Shown here one piece after another: positions 8,723-16,727 of a stretch of 32,000 bases of DNA; within the stretch, counting starts at the first letter, position 1; every line of letters begins with the position of its first letter. The notes under the pieces are model-generated. The model did not search any database and was not told the DNA's origin. It was given only the letters and a program-made list of their open reading frames with translations. Position numbers and translations under genes: made by a program. This DNA comes from Candidatus Korarchaeum cryptofilum OPF8 (lineage in GTDB: Archaea > Korarchaeota > Korarchaeia > Korarchaeales > Korarchaeaceae), in the NCBI RefSeq assembly GCF_000019605.1, contig NC_010482.1, positions 120,001 through 152,000 on the forward strand, written 5' to 3'.

Positions 8723-9350
8723 CCCTGAGGACGACGCCCTCCTTAACCCTGACTAGGCCCATCTCCTCCAGGTTCCTCAGGGCCCTCAGGATCCAGTACC
8801 TATCCGATCCCAGTTTCTTCGTTAACTCAGTAACGGTAGTCCTTTCCTCGAAGCTCTCGAGTATCCTCTTACCTAAGGCCTCCAAGATCGGGAGGGGATC
8901 CGACTGCAACCTCTCGCTTATAGCAGCTGCCGTTGCTCTATCGACGAGTAGCGTCTCCATTATATCAGATACGCTTATCCCACTGAAACCACGCTCAATT
9001 TTCCTCCTGACGTACTCCTGCGCTAAGGAATCAAGATTTTCCTCCTCAGGAAGTCCTAAGAGCTCATTGAGGTGTATATTTATGCTGATCCTCTTGCTGG
9101 TCAATGTATAAAGCTTCGCGGGCCTTCCCTTCCCCCTCCTCACCTCCACGGTCTTTATGAGGCCCGCTTCCTCTAAGTCCTTCAAATGGAGCGTTATCGC
9201 TGGGAGAGTTAAGCCGAACTCATTAGCTAGATCCGTGGCTGATGCAGGGCTCTCCAGTAATCTCCTCAGGATCTTCAGTTTGCTCTCGCTGTTTAAGGCA
9301 TCAATCAGCTTCTTCGCCCTATAAATCTTGATCCTCTCGTACAACTTCAC
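8664..9350 (-). CDS. ArsR-type winged-helix transcriptional regulator with a second C-terminal wHTH
   Basis: KLKILRRLLESPASATDLANEFGLTLPAITLHLKDLEEAGLIKTVEVRRGKGRPAKLYTLT is a canonical ArsR HTH plus wing. The second module is TVTELTKKLGSDRYWILRALRNLEEMGLVRV. The start is GTG. Confidence 0.8.
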   Translation of the reverse strand: MKLYERIKIYRAKKLIDALNSESKLKILRRLLESPASATDLANEFGLTLPAITLHLKDLEEAGLIKTVEVRRGKGRPAKLYTLTSKRISINIHLNELLGLPEEENLDSLAQEYVRRKIERGFSGISVSDIMETLLVDRATAAAISERLQSDPLPILEALGKRILESFEERTTVTELTKKLGSDRYWILRALRNLEEMGLVRVKEGVVLRGDESGGHDSLDDRDGEGVG

Positions 9351-9351
9351 A

Positions 9352-9978
9352 TCAACCCTTCATCCTGATTATATTGAGCTCCGCGACGTTAGCCTTAACA
9401 TAAACTTGAAGCAGCGGCCTTCCCTCCCAGAGCATCATCTCCACTCCTTCCCCTCTCAAACTCCCACCATCGTACCTCAAGTAGGAGCGATCGCAATCCA
9501 ACTTCACCATCACCCCAGAGCCCTCCTGGACCCTCAGCATTAAGCTCACAGTCCCAGATCCTATATCTATCAGCACCCTCTTGAGCGCTACCATTTCCCC
9601 TTGAACGAGGCCCAGGTTCATCTTAACATTGAGCTCCCCCATCCTGCTACCATTGAGGATTACGATACCGTATCTCACGCTCACTCTGACGGAACCTTCC
9701 CATCCCTCGGGGATGTAGAGGGAGACGCTACCGATCGATCCCTCGATCTTCCCCTCCTTAGATGATACAGAACCCCTTATAAGTGCATATGGCTCGGATT
9801 CATTCGTTTCGCTCAGCTCCAAGATCCCGAAATCCATATGCACCTCTACGTCATTCTTCCCCAGCCTGACGATCTCCCCTGAGGATCCATAGCTGAGGTA
9901 GCTTATGGGGATCAGGGAGATAGAGAATGAGAATATCATTAGCGCGAGCAGGAAGGCGCCTAGAGTCTCCCCCTTCAT
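9352..9978 (-). CDS. N-terminally anchored beta-rich protein (possibly a DUF4097/LiaG-like repeat fold)
   Basis: A single N-terminal TM/signal segment (LGAFLLALMIFSFSISLIPISYL) is followed by repeated G-x-V/I-x-L/V beta-strand-like units. There is an ATGA overlap with the upstream gene. The family assignment is tentative. Confidence 0.5.
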   Translation of the reverse strand: MKGETLGAFLLALMIFSFSISLIPISYLSYGSSGEIVRLGKNDVEVHMDFGILELSETNESEPYALIRGSVSSKEGKIEGSIGSVSLYIPEGWEGSVRVSVRYGIVILNGSRMGELNVKMNLGLVQGEMVALKRVLIDIGSGTVSLMLRVQEGSGVMVKLDCDRSYLRYDGGSLRGEGVEMMLWEGRPLLQVYVKANVAELNIIRMKG

Positions 9979-10628
9979 CTCGTCTCCCTCCAGTAGTAAA
10001 GGATTATCATCGAGACCACGGGGATCATCAACCCAGGCAGGCCCGTGATTGAGAAGAGGAGGATAGATGCTACTATGAATGATAGTGGCCCCAGGAACGA
10101 TATAAATATGGATCTGCCTATACTGGAATCGTATATCAGCGAGACCTCATCGATCAATATATAGAGGGACCATATGGATGCGAGGGGCAATAGGGCTAGG
10201 GAAATCAACAGGAACTCGTAGCTACTGAATATGTAAGCTAGGCCCATTGAGAAGGCCGTGAAGGAGTGTGGGACAGCTGAGAATGCTACAGCGCTCAGGG
10301 CCTCATCCCAACTACCGCTCAGATGGCCCATTATCCTCGCGATCACATGTATCAATGTGACGTATAAGATGAGCCAGGAGACTGAAATAGTGACTCCTAT
10401 CGCCCCGGAGAACTCCAGAATAACCTCGGGGAGAAGACCTATTCTCGGTGTCCCTAAGACAGCGGCGATAGATTTCGCCAGTAGGGAGGATAGGGAGAAG
10501 CTGAGGATTAAGTATATCGATATTGGGAGAGATAGGGAATATTTTCCAGCTAAATGGACGTAGAATGCCTCCCTAGGGGAGATCAGCAGTTTACCAACTC
10601 TGTATAGGGTATCCTCTAGGTCGCTCAA
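9975..10628 (-). CDS. Yip1-domain-like polytopic membrane protein
   Basis: 217 aa. The soluble N-terminus ends in LLISPREAFY and is followed by about 5 hydrophobic helices. The start is TTG with GGTGG 8 nt upstream. It is the first gene of the minus-strand cluster. Confidence 0.5.
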   Translation of the reverse strand: MSDLEDTLYRVGKLLISPREAFYVHLAGKYSLSLPISIYLILSFSLSSLLAKSIAAVLGTPRIGLLPEVILEFSGAIGVTISVSWLILYVTLIHVIARIMGHLSGSWDEALSAVAFSAVPHSFTAFSMGLAYIFSSYEFLLISLALLPLASIWSLYILIDEVSLIYDSSIGRSIFISFLGPLSFIVASILLFSITGLPGLMIPVVSMIILYYWRETR

Positions 10629-10706
10629 CTTCAGCCACCTTAGTTAAATAAGTAAAGAACTCTTCTTAATAAATATGCGCGTGTACGAACTTCGTACTGC
10701 CGTTAA

Positions 10707-10716
10707 CTTTTTAAAT
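10707..10716 (+). promoter_or_regulatory. TATA-like box (CTTTTTAAAT) for the HTH/ask/asd transcription unit
   Basis: This is the only strong A/T box in the 161-nt divergent spacer on the plus-strand side. It lies about 40 nt upstream of the repeat block. Confidence 0.35.
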
Positions 10717-10753
10717 TGAGAATGTAGAGGGAGCTCACTTCAGCGGAGGGATA

Positions 10754-10819
10754 GGTGATGGCCCGCCAATTTCAGGTGAGGTCCCGCCAATGGGGGATGG
10801 CGATGCCCCGCCAATATCA
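10754..10819 (+). repeat. Three tandem 21-24 nt units, each carrying CCCGCCAAT
   Basis: Units are GGTGATGGCCCGCCAATTTCA (10754-10774), GGTGAGGTCCCGCCAATGGGG (10775-10795) and GATGGCGATGCCCCGCCAATATCA (10796-10819). The core boxes are at 10762-10770, 10783-10791 and 10807-10815. Confidence 0.85.
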
Positions 10820-11119
10820 ATGATAGACCCCTCCCTCAGGGAGGCCCTGATCTTATTCGGTCTATTCAAGTTGAGCCCGAGACAGAAGGCGGTGCTGACT
10901 CTGACTCTGAGGTACGAGAACAAGATCTCAGCGAGTTCCATGGCTAAGATAGCGAATGAGGAATTCAATATACCACTCTCATCATTCTGGTTTGCTCTAA
11001 GGGACTTGAGGAGACTGAAACTCATAGAGTTCGGTGATGGGACCCCGATAAAGCTCACTGAAGCTGGCAAGATGATAGCTCAAGCTTTGAGTGGGGTGAG
11101 ATGGTGGGAAAGAGAGTAG
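10790..11119 (+). CDS. Small helix-turn-helix DNA-binding protein (sigma-70 region 4 / wHTH-like)
   Basis: LSPRQKAVLTLTLRYENKISASSMAKIANEEFNIPLSSFWFALRDLRRLKLIEF matches the L-x-P-R-Q-x-x-V-L HTH pattern. I preferred it over the antisense ORF 10735-11070. It overlaps the aspartate kinase start by 19 nt. An alternative start is ATG 10820. Confidence 0.6.
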   Translation: MGDGDAPPISMIDPSLREALILFGLFKLSPRQKAVLTLTLRYENKISASSMAKIANEEFNIPLSSFWFALRDLRRLKLIEFGDGTPIKLTEAGKMIAQALSGVRWWERE

Positions 11120-12264
11120 TGGTCAAGCTCGGAGGATCCGTTCTCTCCTCTCCCGAGGATTTCATGAGGGCTGCTGAGGTTACGAAGCGAGATTTCGAGG
11201 CTGGAAATGAGATACTGCTGGTGGTCTCAGCTATGAAGGGCCAGACCGATCAGTTAATAGATATGGCGAGGAAAGTTGGGGCTTCAGGAGAGCTGCTAGA
11301 TGCCATAGCGGGACTAGGAGAGGTACTCTCAGCCAGGCTAATGGCTTCAGCCCTGAACTCGATAGGGGTACCATCGGTAGCTATAGACCCCTGCTCCCCG
11401 ATATGGCCCATCTACACGGATGGCAGCTTCGGAGACGCGGATCCCGACATTCCAACTACATGCGGCGCAGCTATCTCGAATATCGAGCATATGTTGGGCA
11501 AGTGCGTACCAGTAGTTTGCGGCTACGTTGGTAAGACGAGGGAAGGGAAGCTGACGACTCTGGGAAGAGGAGGAAGCGATACAACCGCTGTTATACTAGC
11601 GAGATGCCTGAGGGCGGATGAGGTAGTCCTAGTGAAGGACTCCGGTGGCATAATGAGCGCAGACCCCAAGATAGCAGGGAATGCCCATAAATTGAGCAAC
11701 TTAAGCGCTGAAGAGGCTTTAACGCTCTCGATGGGAGGAGCTAAAGTTTTGCATCACAAAGCGGTGAGATATCTCTCCCCAACGGTTAGGATGAGGGTCC
11801 TCTCGATAGACGGCGGAAGCTTCGTCAGGGGAGGGACGATAATAAGCGGTCATATACCCGAGCTGAAAGTCGAGGTTCATGAGAAGCCGGTGAGCATGGT
11901 AACGCTGATCGTGGATGGGGATCTCAATGGTCTAGACCTCAGGCCTCTATCCGAGAGCAAGCTGGACAAAGCGGTCATACTTTACTTAGACGAGCCTCCG
12001 GAGGAAGTCGTCAAGAAGGTACACCCTCTCGTCGAGAGAGGAGTAGTGAAAGCTATTTCCGTGAAGAAGGATCTAGCGATGATAAAGGTATGGGGAGGAG
12101 CTATAGAAGATGTCCCAGGAGTCATAAATAAGATATCAGACCCTCTCGCATCGATGGGAATAAATATACACGGTCTGCAGACGGTCCATAATAAGATAGC
12201 GGTCTTCGTCGATTGGAAGAACAGGGAAGTTGCTGCTTCCGAATTAGAGGAGGCTTTGGGGTGA
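11101..12264 (+). CDS. Aspartate kinase
   Basis: Contains VVVKLGGSVL (amino-acid kinase N-terminal motif), VVSAMKGQTD and LGRGGSDTTAVILA. The C-terminal region is ACT-like. Confidence 0.92.
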   Translation: MVGKRVVVKLGGSVLSSPEDFMRAAEVTKRDFEAGNEILLVVSAMKGQTDQLIDMARKVGASGELLDAIAGLGEVLSARLMASALNSIGVPSVAIDPCSPIWPIYTDGSFGDADPDIPTTCGAAISNIEHMLGKCVPVVCGYVGKTREGKLTTLGRGGSDTTAVILARCLRADEVVLVKDSGGIMSADPKIAGNAHKLSNLSAEEALTLSMGGAKVLHHKAVRYLSPTVRMRVLSIDGGSFVRGGTIISGHIPELKVEVHEKPVSMVTLIVDGDLNGLDLRPLSESKLDKAVILYLDEPPEEVVKKVHPLVERGVVKAISVKKDLAMIKVWGGAIEDVPGVINKISDPLASMGINIHGLQTVHNKIAVFVDWKNREVAASELEEALG

Positions 12265-13304
12265 TCGGATTGAAGGTAGCGATCCTAGGAGGGACTGGTG
12301 CAGTGGGCCAGAGGTTCGTTCAACTTCTGAATGGCCATCCTTGGTTCGAGATAGAGGTCATAACGGGGAAGACCAGCGTGGGGAAGAAGTACGGGGATGC
12401 TGTCAACTGGATCTTAGATAGCGATATACCGGAGCAAGTCAAAGACCTAGTCATCGTGGAGACGGAATTGAGGAACTTGAGGGGAGTGGATCTAGTATTC
12501 TCATCCCTTCCCTCGGGAGAAGCCTCTATAGAGAGGGAAATAATGAACTCAGGGATTCCGATGGTCAGTAACTCCAGCTTCCTCAGGATGGACCCCACAG
12601 TGCCCTTAGTTATACCGGAGGTGAATAAGGACCATCTAGCGCTCTTAGATATTCAGAGAAAGGCTGGAGTTGGGCCCACGGCTACGAGTCCTAACTGCAC
12701 GACCACTATGATAGTGCTCCCCCTCAAACCGTTGGATGATTCTTACTCGCTCAGGAGTTTGAATGTGGCTAGCTACCAAGCAGTATCCGGTGCCGGTTAT
12801 CCTGGAGTACCCTCATACGATATAATCAACAACTTGATCCCCTTCATATCCGAGGAGGAGGAGAAGGTCGAGAGGGAATCCAGGAAGATGCTCGGGAAAT
12901 TAGTAGATGGTAAAATTGAAAACGCGGACTTCGATGTTCAGGCAACTTGCGTCAGAGTTCCCGTGCTGGACGGGCATACGGTAGCTATACATGCGGAGTT
13001 CGAGGAGGAAGTTGATGTGGAGGATGCTAAGAGGGTGCTTGAGGGATTCGATCCTGGTCCAGACGTTAGGAGCCTCCCATCTTCCCCGGAGAAGGCAATA
13101 ATAGTGAGGGAGGAGAGGGACAGGCCTCAGCCTAGATACGATAGGCTAGCAGGCAAGGGGATGAGCGTCTCCGTGGGTAGGATCAGGAGAGGGGCCAATA
13201 AAAGGTCACTCCTCTTCATTTCACACGGTCACAATACGATAAGGGGAGCTGCTGGAGGTGCTATACTCCTAGCGGAGTTCATGCATTCAAAGAAATTCAT
13301 ATAG
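12261..13304 (+). CDS. asd: Aspartate-semialdehyde dehydrogenase
   Basis: Contains KVAILGGTGAVGQRF (Rossmann motif), the active-site motif SPNCTTT, and GHNTIRGAAGGAILLAE. A GTG start at 12261 gives a GTGA overlap with the ask stop. TTG 12270 is also possible. The ORF-track start at 12213 is probably too long. Confidence 0.93.
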   Translation: MIGLKVAILGGTGAVGQRFVQLLNGHPWFEIEVITGKTSVGKKYGDAVNWILDSDIPEQVKDLVIVETELRNLRGVDLVFSSLPSGEASIEREIMNSGIPMVSNSSFLRMDPTVPLVIPEVNKDHLALLDIQRKAGVGPTATSPNCTTTMIVLPLKPLDDSYSLRSLNVASYQAVSGAGYPGVPSYDIINNLIPFISEEEEKVERESRKMLGKLVDGKIENADFDVQATCVRVPVLDGHTVAIHAEFEEEVDVEDAKRVLEGFDPGPDVRSLPSSPEKAIIVREERDRPQPRYDRLAGKGMSVSVGRIRRGANKRSLLFISHGHNTIRGAAGGAILLAEFMHSKKFI

Positions 13305-13338
13305 ACAAAAACTTTATTTTTCTTATGTCTTAAGGGGT

Positions 13339-13872
13339 ATGCTTCTCTCGGATAAGGCTATAAGGTCCCTCATAAGGGAAGGTAAGCTCATAATAGATCC
13401 GTTATACGAGGATTCCATCAGGGAGAACGGTGTTGATATGAGGATAGGTCCCGAGATAGCTTTTCCCATTGTAAGAGGGGAAGTCATGGATCCGACTAAG
13501 GACGATCCCTCGCTCCACTTCACAGTCAGGAGGTTCTCGGATGAGGGTATAATAATACCGGGGAATACATCCATCCTGCTCGTGACGGAGGAGTACATAA
13601 AGATGCCCGATGACGTCGCAGCCCTCTGCGGGTTGAGGAGCTCAATAGCTAGGTGGGGTTTCATAGCGGCACCCACTCTCGTCGACGCGGGTTTCGAGGG
13701 TCAGTTAACGATAGAGGTAATGTGGACTAGACCAGCTCCCGTGAGGCTCTATAGGGGTATAAGGTTCCTTCATGTCGTTTTCTTCAGGACCGAGGGGAAG
13801 GTTGAAAGGCCTTACTCTGGTGCATATCAAGGGCAGAGGGGAGTCACGCTTCCCAAGAGATTGGAAAAGTAA
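13339..13872 (+). CDS. dcd: dCTP deaminase family protein (dCTP deaminase / dUTPase fold)
   Basis: MLLSDKAIRSLIREGKLIIDP...ENGVDMRIG... is the typical Dcd N-terminus, and the size is 177 aa. Confidence 0.88.
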   Translation: MLLSDKAIRSLIREGKLIIDPLYEDSIRENGVDMRIGPEIAFPIVRGEVMDPTKDDPSLHFTVRRFSDEGIIIPGNTSILLVTEEYIKMPDDVAALCGLRSSIARWGFIAAPTLVDAGFEGQLTIEVMWTRPAPVRLYRGIRFLHVVFFRTEGKVERPYSGAYQGQRGVTLPKRLEK

Positions 13873-13912
13873 TTTCATATTCGATGAAGCCCCCCTCCTC
13901 CTAGGATGATCC

Positions 13913-13917
13913 TTTTT
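13913..13917 (+). terminator. Oligo-T tract after dcd
   Basis: CCTTTTTAAC lies 41 nt past the dcd stop. Archaeal terminators are typically T-runs. This is weak evidence. Confidence 0.25.
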
Positions 13918-14002
13918 AACACCCAAATATAAGGGGGCGTGCTTTGGATTCCAGATTTCCCGAATTATTCGCACTTCCTCTTTCTAATTACGCAATTTTC
14001 TG

Positions 14003-14024
14003 CTTAAAATTTAACGTATAAATG
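14003..14024 (+). promoter_or_regulatory. TATA-like boxes upstream of the ribonucleotide reductase gene
   Basis: CTTAAAATTT and CGTATAAATG lie 70-90 nt upstream of ATG 14095. Confidence 0.3.
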
Positions 14025-14094
14025 GGGATTCAGAGCTGAAAAATAGACCTAACAGTTCATAAAGCAAGTACGCCTATAGCTGAATGGGGCGAAA

Positions 14095-16725
14095 ATGAGG
14101 GTAACGAAGGTCGTCAAGAGGGATGGTAGGGTTGTTGAATTCGACTCCTTCAGGATTAGGAGAGCAATTGAAATGGCTATGCGTGAAGTCGGAAAGTTCG
14201 ATGAGGCAATTTTGGATAAGGTCGTCAAATACGTCCTAGATGTAATAGATAGTACTTTCAGCGATGAGAGGCCCCCTCATGTGGAGGAGATTCAGGATAT
14301 AGTGGAGCTCGCTTTAATGAAATACGATCTATTCGAGGTAGCTAAAGCTTACATAGTCTACAGGAAGGAGAGGGAGAAGATAAGAAAGGAGAAGATGGCA
14401 ATTCTAGGGAAGGATTACGTAGATGATGTGGATAAGAGGCTTTCCCTTAACGCTGTAAGGCTTTTAGCTAGTAGATATCTCCAGAAGGGGCCTGATGGAA
14501 GGTTCCTAGAGGATCCCAAGGGATTATTCATAAGGATAGCCTCGTTAGTCGTGATACCAGATATCCTATATGACCCGCTCATATTCGATAAGGAGGGCGA
14601 GCAGGAGGTTCATCCGACCGAGTACTTCAATCCCGAGGAATGGGCTGGGAAGGTAGGGCTCGGAGGAGGGGATCCCGAGAACCACTTAGCTCCTCCCTTC
14701 GTTTGGAATGCCCATCATTTGGAGAGGATGAAAGCGCTTTATGATGAGCTAAACTCGCAGGGTAAGATGAGAGTGAGCTGGTCCCAGTTCTTCGATATGC
14801 TGAGAGATGGAAGATTCGATCATCACTACAAGGATTTCTTAGAATATTACAGGCTCATGGTAGATCTAAAGTTCATACCGAACTCACCTACCCTCTTCAA
14901 TGCTGGAACTATGCTTGGACAACTTTCGGCATGCTTCGTCCTTCCGATAGAGGACTCTCTGGAGTCGATAATGAGGTCGGCGACCGAGGCAGCTATGATA
15001 TTCAAATCCGGAGGGGGAGTGGGGATAAACTACTCGAAGCTAAGGCCTCAGGGAGACATAGTCAGGTCTACGGGAGGCCAGGCATCCGGACCCGTCAGTT
15101 TCATGAGGATAATAGATGTGATAACTGATGTCGTGAAGCAGGGAGGGAGGAGAAGAGGAGCCAACATGGGGATACTTGAGATATGGCATCCGGACATAAT
15201 GAAGTTCATAGAAGCGAAAGCTAAGCCGGGGAACCTTGAGAACTTCAATTTATCCGTCATGATAACGGAGGACTTCTGGAAGTACTATGAGGAGGGGAAG
15301 GATTACCCTCTCATAAATCCCAGGAACGGGGAGGTTTGGGGCTCCATAGATCCTAGGGAGGCCTTCAGGAAGATAGCTGAGATGGCATGGAGAACTGGGG
15401 ATCCCGGGGTCCTCTTCGCAGATAATATAAACAGGAGGAACATATTGAGGGAGCACTTAGGGGAAATAAAGTCCACGAACCCCTGCGGGGAGGAGCCACT
15501 GTATCCTTACGAGTCATGCAACTTGGGAAGCATGAACCTATACGCTTACATAAGGAGGGAGAACGGTTTAGTTACTTTCGACTGGGATGAATATTCTAGA
15601 GATATTAGGAAGGCATTACGCTTCTTAGATAACATAATCGACGTAAATAAGTTCCCCATACCTGAGATCGAGAAGACGACTAAGAGGACTAGGAAGGTAG
15701 GGCTCGGATTAATGGGCCTGGCTGATACTCTCTTCGCTTTGAGGATCCCATACAATAGTGAGGAGGGCTTCAACTTCATGAGGAGAGCTGCTGAGTACCT
15801 CACGTACTTCGCTATGCTGGAGAGCGTGGAAAGAGCTAAGGAGAGGGGGAGCTTCCCACTATTCCCGGAATCGGGTTATGTGAGGGGAGAGATGCCCGTA
15901 GAGGGATTCTACCATCCCGAGATATGGAACCTGGATTGGGATTACTTGAGGGAGCAGATAATGAGGAACGGTATAAGGAATGCCGAAGTAACTACTATAG
16001 CTCCAACAGGCTCGATTTCAATGATAGCTGAAGTATCTTCAGGGATAGAGCCTCAATTCGCTCTAGTGTTTGAGAAGAGGGTGACCGTGGGCTCCTTCTT
16101 CTATGTCGATGCGGAATTCGAGAGGCAGCTCAAGGAGAATGGTCTATACAGTGAGAAGATCTTGAGGGATATAGCTGAGAACGGAGGATCTCTCTATGGT
16201 ATAGAGGCTCCAGAGGGTAAGGAAGATGTGATCGAGAGGATGAAGCGTATCTTCTTAGTCGCTTACGATATCCCCTGGTGGGATCACATAAGGGCTGAGG
16301 CCGAGATATCGAGATGGATATGCGCAGCTGTAAGTAAGACGATAAACATGCCCAACTGGGTCTCGGTCTCCGATATAGAGAAGGCATACCTCTTCGCTCA
16401 CAGGCTGGGGTTGAAGGGGATAACCGTCTACAGGGATGGCTCCAAATCAGCTCAAGTGCTCATAACCCCGACGCAGAGGAGAGGGGAGTACGCGAGCTTT
16501 ATAGAGAATGAAACACTTAAGATGATGGAATCTCTCGGAATAGAACTTCCTCAGCTGAGAAAGGCTAAAGTTGAGGAAAAAACACAAGCTCAACCCGTCT
16601 TCAAACCTCCAGCACAGCCTAATCACGTTGAGACATGCCCGGAGTGCGGTAGCACTAGGCTCATCCATAAGGAGGATTGCGTCACCTGTCTCGACTGCGG
16701 CTGGTCGGCCTGCGTGGTGACTTGA
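14095..16725 (+). CDS. nrdJ: Adenosylcobalamin-dependent (class II) ribonucleotide reductase with N-terminal ATP-cone and C-terminal zinc ribbon
   Basis: The ATP-cone is VVKRDGRVVEFDSFRIRRAIEMA. The catalytic motif is STNPCGEEPLYPYESCNLGS. Also present are TIAPTGSIS and GLKGITVYRDGS. The C-terminal ribbon is CPECGS...CVTCLDCGWSAC. At 876 aa with no intein-like insertion. Confidence 0.95.
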   Translation: MRVTKVVKRDGRVVEFDSFRIRRAIEMAMREVGKFDEAILDKVVKYVLDVIDSTFSDERPPHVEEIQDIVELALMKYDLFEVAKAYIVYRKEREKIRKEKMAILGKDYVDDVDKRLSLNAVRLLASRYLQKGPDGRFLEDPKGLFIRIASLVVIPDILYDPLIFDKEGEQEVHPTEYFNPEEWAGKVGLGGGDPENHLAPPFVWNAHHLERMKALYDELNSQGKMRVSWSQFFDMLRDGRFDHHYKDFLEYYRLMVDLKFIPNSPTLFNAGTMLGQLSACFVLPIEDSLESIMRSATEAAMIFKSGGGVGINYSKLRPQGDIVRSTGGQASGPVSFMRIIDVITDVVKQGGRRRGANMGILEIWHPDIMKFIEAKAKPGNLENFNLSVMITEDFWKYYEEGKDYPLINPRNGEVWGSIDPREAFRKIAEMAWRTGDPGVLFADNINRRNILREHLGEIKSTNPCGEEPLYPYESCNLGSMNLYAYIRRENGLVTFDWDEYSRDIRKALRFLDNIIDVNKFPIPEIEKTTKRTRKVGLGLMGLADTLFALRIPYNSEEGFNFMRRAAEYLTYFAMLESVERAKERGSFPLFPESGYVRGEMPVEGFYHPEIWNLDWDYLREQIMRNGIRNAEVTTIAPTGSISMIAEVSSGIEPQFALVFEKRVTVGSFFYVDAEFERQLKENGLYSEKILRDIAENGGSLYGIEAPEGKEDVIERMKRIFLVAYDIPWWDHIRAEAEISRWICAAVSKTINMPNWVSVSDIEKAYLFAHRLGLKGITVYRDGSKSAQVLITPTQRRGEYASFIENETLKMMESLGIELPQLRKAKVEEKTQAQPVFKPPAQPNHVETCPECGSTRLIHKEDCVTCLDCGWSACVVT

Positions 16726-16727
16726 GC

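Noticed and set aside
10258-10563. 101-aa plus-strand ORF inside the Yip1-like membrane protein gene
   Set aside because: The minus-strand frame gives regular transmembrane helices and is coupled (ATGA) to the next gene. The plus-frame product looks random.
10758-10823. 21-codon alternate-frame ORF (MARQFQVRSRQWGMAMPRQYQ) as an attenuation leader peptide for ask/asd
   Set aside because: It has no enrichment of Thr/Lys/Met/Ile regulatory codons and I see no terminator/antiterminator structure. Its R-Q periodicity is just a by-product of the DNA repeats.
10735-11070. 111-aa minus-strand ORF opposite the small HTH gene
   Set aside because: Its translation is low-complexity (SP/IGG repeats that simply mirror the CCCGCCAAT units). 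The plus-strand frame gives a coherent HTH and is coupled to the ask start.
13323-13974. Minus-strand ORFs 13323-13676 and 13705-13974 around dcd
   Set aside because: The first is antisense to a clear dCTP deaminase. The second spans the dcd 3' end and the intergenic promoter region and has no recognisable features.
14095-16725. Intein or other large insertion in the class II RNR
   Set aside because: The 876-aa length is normal for intein-free archaeal NrdJ. The sequence is continuous around the NPCGE site, with no Cys/Ser...His-Asn splice junctions or homing-endonuclease motifs visible.
16677-16727. Long N-terminal extensions in the ORF track: cobO 16677, nuoJ 21330, asd 12213, pyk 29352
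   Set aside because: The extensions lie inside upstream genes or encode non-homologous sequence. Family-typical N-termini begin at 16728, 21444, 12261/12270 and 29394 respectively.
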